Shown here one piece after another: positions 60,801 to 64,000 of a stretch of DNA of 64,000 nucleotides. Made by a program: the position numbers and the translations under genes. Position 1 is the first letter of the stretch. Each line of letters opens with the position of its first letter. The DNA is taken from positions 337,144 to 401,143 of the forward strand of contig NMRA01000066.1 of the NCBI GenBank assembly GCA_002633005.1, given 5' to 3'. This DNA is from Phoronis australis (lineage: Eukaryota; Animalia; Phoronida). A model generated the notes under the pieces. The model made no database searches. It was not told the origin of the DNA and was given only the letters and a program-made list of their open reading frames with translations.

Positions 60801-62171
60801 CCCATTTGGAAATTAGTGACAAAAGTGACGTGTCGGTTTTTGCCGATAATGGAATAATTATTGGAATCCCTGTCTCTGGATTTCCTCCAAATGTCCAACC
60901 ACATCCTCTTTGGCGCGGCTTTGCTGGTAAAGGTACATTTTCGAATATCATATGGGCAAGCGCACCACCGAAGCCGAATGAGTTAACCCCAACAACATTT
61001 TTCTTCTCGCTTGCAAGTGAGTCCACTCGTTCTTGAACGGTTAACTTCAAACTTTCAAAATCAATGTCAGAGTTAGGCTTTCTGTAGTTTGCTGTTGGAC
61101 AAAGCTGACCATTATGTAGTACCAGAGAAGCTTTGATGATGCTGACAATTCCTGCAGCGCATTCCAAGTGCCCAAAGTGGCCTTTGACCGACCCAATTCT
61201 TATCTGCTTCCGTTTAGGAGATTTGAAAGCTTTACCAATCGCTTCGGCTTCAATGGTGTCCCCAACTGGAGTGCCAGTTCCATGAGCTTCTACGTAGTCA
61301 ACGCTGGACATAGGAACGCTGAATTTTGAATATGCCGATCTAATGAGTTGTTCTTGGGCTGTGGCTGACGGCATCGTTATGCTTTGGTTGTGTCCATTGT
61401 CGCCTATGACAGAACCAGAAATAACGGAGTATATGTGGTTTCCATCTGCAACCGCTGTGTGGAGAGGCTTCAGAATGATACTCGCCCACCCCTCGCCTCG
61501 AACATAGCCATTGGCAGATTCGTCAAATGGACAACATTTCCCTTCAGGAGAGAGAACTCCTAGTTGACTAAAGCCGACTGTTACCTCAGGAAGAAGGAGT
61601 ATATTACTGCCACATGTAACGGCCATGTCACATTCTCCGTTCCATAAGGCACGGCATGCCAGGTGGCTTGAGGTCATTGAGGACGCACACGCCGTGTCGA
61701 TTGCTAGACTTGGACCGTTGAGGTCGAAAACGTAAGAAATCCTATTGGCAGCCACACAGTGTGAAACACCAGTGTGTAAGTAAGAATTGGCAAGATGTCT
61801 GTCACCTGAAAGGAGGACGGTGAAATCAACCATGCCGATGCCCACATAAACGCCGCATCTTTCTTTGCGGTTTCCATAAATGATGCCGGCATCCTCGAAC
61901 GCCTGGTGTGTAACCTCTAAAAGATGGCGCTGTTGAGGATCCATCATGGCGGCCTCTCGAGGAGAAATTTTGAAAAAGGCGTTGTCAAAACCATGAACGT
62001 CCGATACGAAACCAGACCTTTTAGTGACGTGTGTACCAGATTTATTATCGCTGCTATAGTAAACATCTAAAGACCAGCGGTCTTTGGGAATCTCAGTTAG
62101 GACGTCTTGCTTTTGGGATATAACATTCCAAAAGTCTTCGGTGGAGTTGACGTCTCCTGGTAGACGGCACC
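57538..62171 (-). CDS. Type I (animal-type) polyketide synthase: KS-AT-DH ... ACP; MT/ER/KR not found; first exon probably outside the window
   Basis: KS DTACASS / EAHGTGT / GHFGHLE; AT GHSLGE and CAFH; DH LADHVVDGSIVFPGAGY and LDGCFQ; ACP YGVDSL. The link between DH and ACP is unresolved. Confidence 0.8.
58379..58457 (-). CDS. PKS penultimate exon (IWNQVLFLHKDMLKFRHLATTENTVS), post-KR linker-like
   Basis: TTTTAG acceptor, GTAAGT donor; phase 1 matches the ACP exon. Confidence 0.55.
58681..62171 (-). CDS. PKS large exon: KS-AT-DH
   Basis: ~1160 uninterrupted codons after an ATTTTACAG acceptor (GCRLPG..). Confidence 0.92.
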
Positions 62172-64000
62172 CTGTAAAATATATAAATTTGTTCTCGCAT
62201 GTGATAACAGTAGTTTTCAAAATAAACTTTTCAAAATCAATGTACGACAAATTCTTGCGGCCTAACACCGCCTGATTTTCCTAACTGAGTTCCACCTCGT
62301 GATAAAAATTCCTGTTGGTCTTGTTTATATGCGTTTCCAAAAATCTTTTAAATACAATTATTTTTACAATCACGATTTAGCACAGTTTGAGTTTCGTCAG
62401 TCGAAAGGCATCAACAAAATGTTAACATTCCGTTACGTTTAGCCCTGTTTGTCACGTTGCCTCATTGTACAATAAATAGTTAAACGTGTTTTTCTAAAGT
62501 GGGCGGGATTTCCGCTGAAGCCTCATTACGTATGACGGCAGTTCAGTGAGTTCCCACAATGCATGAGTCAGCTGTCACTCAGTACTGTGCCCATTTTAGT
62601 TGGTAGTGGACCACCAAAAATGAAAATTAAATTTAAAAAAATTCGTATTAAACTTAAATGCTTTAACATCCGTTTGATGAAGTTTTTAACTACATGTAAA
62701 TGAAGCGAAATTGGTATATTGTTTGGGTGCAACGATTTTTCTGATAGAGGGAGCTGTGCTGCCGGTCGGACCCAATGCAATGTCTTTCTAATCCTAGTGC
62801 TTACGTCGACTTGATTTTGATGTGATGAAACCTAGCTTTTCCCCAAGAGAAAAGTTTCCATCCCCTCCACTTTCTTGATCGGCATAGAACCACCAGCAAA
62901 GCTCTGTATTTTGTGTGCCGTTCGAAGTCATACACACCTGATGAAGGTTGCATTAAAGCTCGTCAATGGTTTCTTTGTTGATCTAATCCAGATTGAGACA
63001 GTAGACTGCATATTTTAAACCTGGTTTTACTAAACCCTCTCGCTTGTTAAACCAGGCTTTCAGGCTTTTTGAAAACGCTGATGAAATTCAAGTCGGGTCT
63101 AAAATTAGACCAGGTTTAAGAAAATCTGTTTTATTAAACCACCTCCATGAAATCGGCTGACATGGCTCGTTATCAGCAGCTGTAACTCCGGTCGTAACAA
63201 CACCCCAATCTAAAATTTTTCCTGGCAAACAATTACATGTAATTAACGTGGTTTAGGAAGGTGGGCTTTAACATGTCACGTTTAGTACGTTAGTAGCTCT
63301 TACAAAATATGCAACGTCGCAGTAGCGTGCCTAAGACTACACTCTTTCACAGTGCTACAAAAGGTAGCACTGTGGAATGTTGTTCATCATGGCTTCTCAT
63401 TGGTTAAAGTAGTGAAACCTACGTCATAACATTCAGTCAGTGTCATTGGTTGAAATCTGGGAAACCTCTTTCAGTTTACTGTTACGTAGTATGCCAACCA
63501 CTTTTGACTTGAATAGTTGCAATTAATTAAAACGGGCAGTGATCGAAGTAAACGAAATCAAGAGAAGGCCTATCCCGTGACTAAGCCCAAACAAGTACAC
63601 TGCATTGAAGGCGTGTGCAAGTGGTGGCGATGGGATCGATGAACTTCCGACCAAGCATGCGCATTGGTGCCCAAACACGGAATTCGTTGTGTCGTTCATC
63701 ATGTTTCCACATTGCCACTTTTCAGTATAGGTGGCGCTGTGATATAGGGTAGCCTAAGACCTAGAGCTTCTACTGAGCATAAAAAGGGACTCTTACAGTG
63801 GCGGATCTAGGATACCATAAGGGGGCCCAACATGTGTAGTTGCCTCGGTGAAACTGGCAAAGCGCCAGTGAATGTGAGCACGCCGCCCGAAGTGCGCCGG
63901 GGATGTGGTTCTCCTCAGTGTTCAGAGACTCTGTGGACTAAAAATAAAACGGGAACACGATTCCGCCACGGCCTGGGCTCTGAGCCCCCCCCCCCCCCCC

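Noticed and set aside
58681-62268. Bacterial contaminant or bacterial PKS operon
   Set aside because: Flanked by spliceosomal introns, ACP on a separate exon, embedded in host repeats; the ORF-track start at 62268 is intronic
62805-62937. Candidate first PKS exon (CAG...GTAAGC)
   Set aside because: No IAIVG-type KS N-terminal motif in any frame

Overview
Eukaryotic (invertebrate animal, AT-rich) genomic DNA with spliceosomal introns; no prokaryotic features, CRISPR or rRNA. I reconstructed four protein-coding loci by hand from GT-AG junctions and phase matching. (1) A minus-strand adhesion GPCR, at least 20 coding exons, ATG 39021 to at least 922, continuing off the left edge: signal peptide - 2 C-type lectin - Ig-like - SEA - HormR-like - GAIN/GPS - ~215-aa acidic repeat spacer - 7TM. 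(2) An intronless LRAT/NlpC-P60 (NCEHF) gene nested antisense in the GPCR's 14.5-kb intron, between two direct copies of a decayed ISL2EU-type transposon (THAP + YqaJ remnants, AT TSDs). (3) A 4-exon PNPLA4-like patatin lipase, head-to-head with the GPCR. (4) A type I PKS on the minus strand with intact KS-AT-DH motifs and an ACP but no visible MT/ER/KR; its 5' end is probably off the right edge. Also present: a decayed L1/Tx1 LINE with an internal micro-inversion, MITE-like elements, mini- and microsatellites. The best leads are the long spacer between the Stachel and TM1, the PKS lacking reductive domains, and the transposon-flanked nested LRAT gene. Gene models are manual and have no transcript support.
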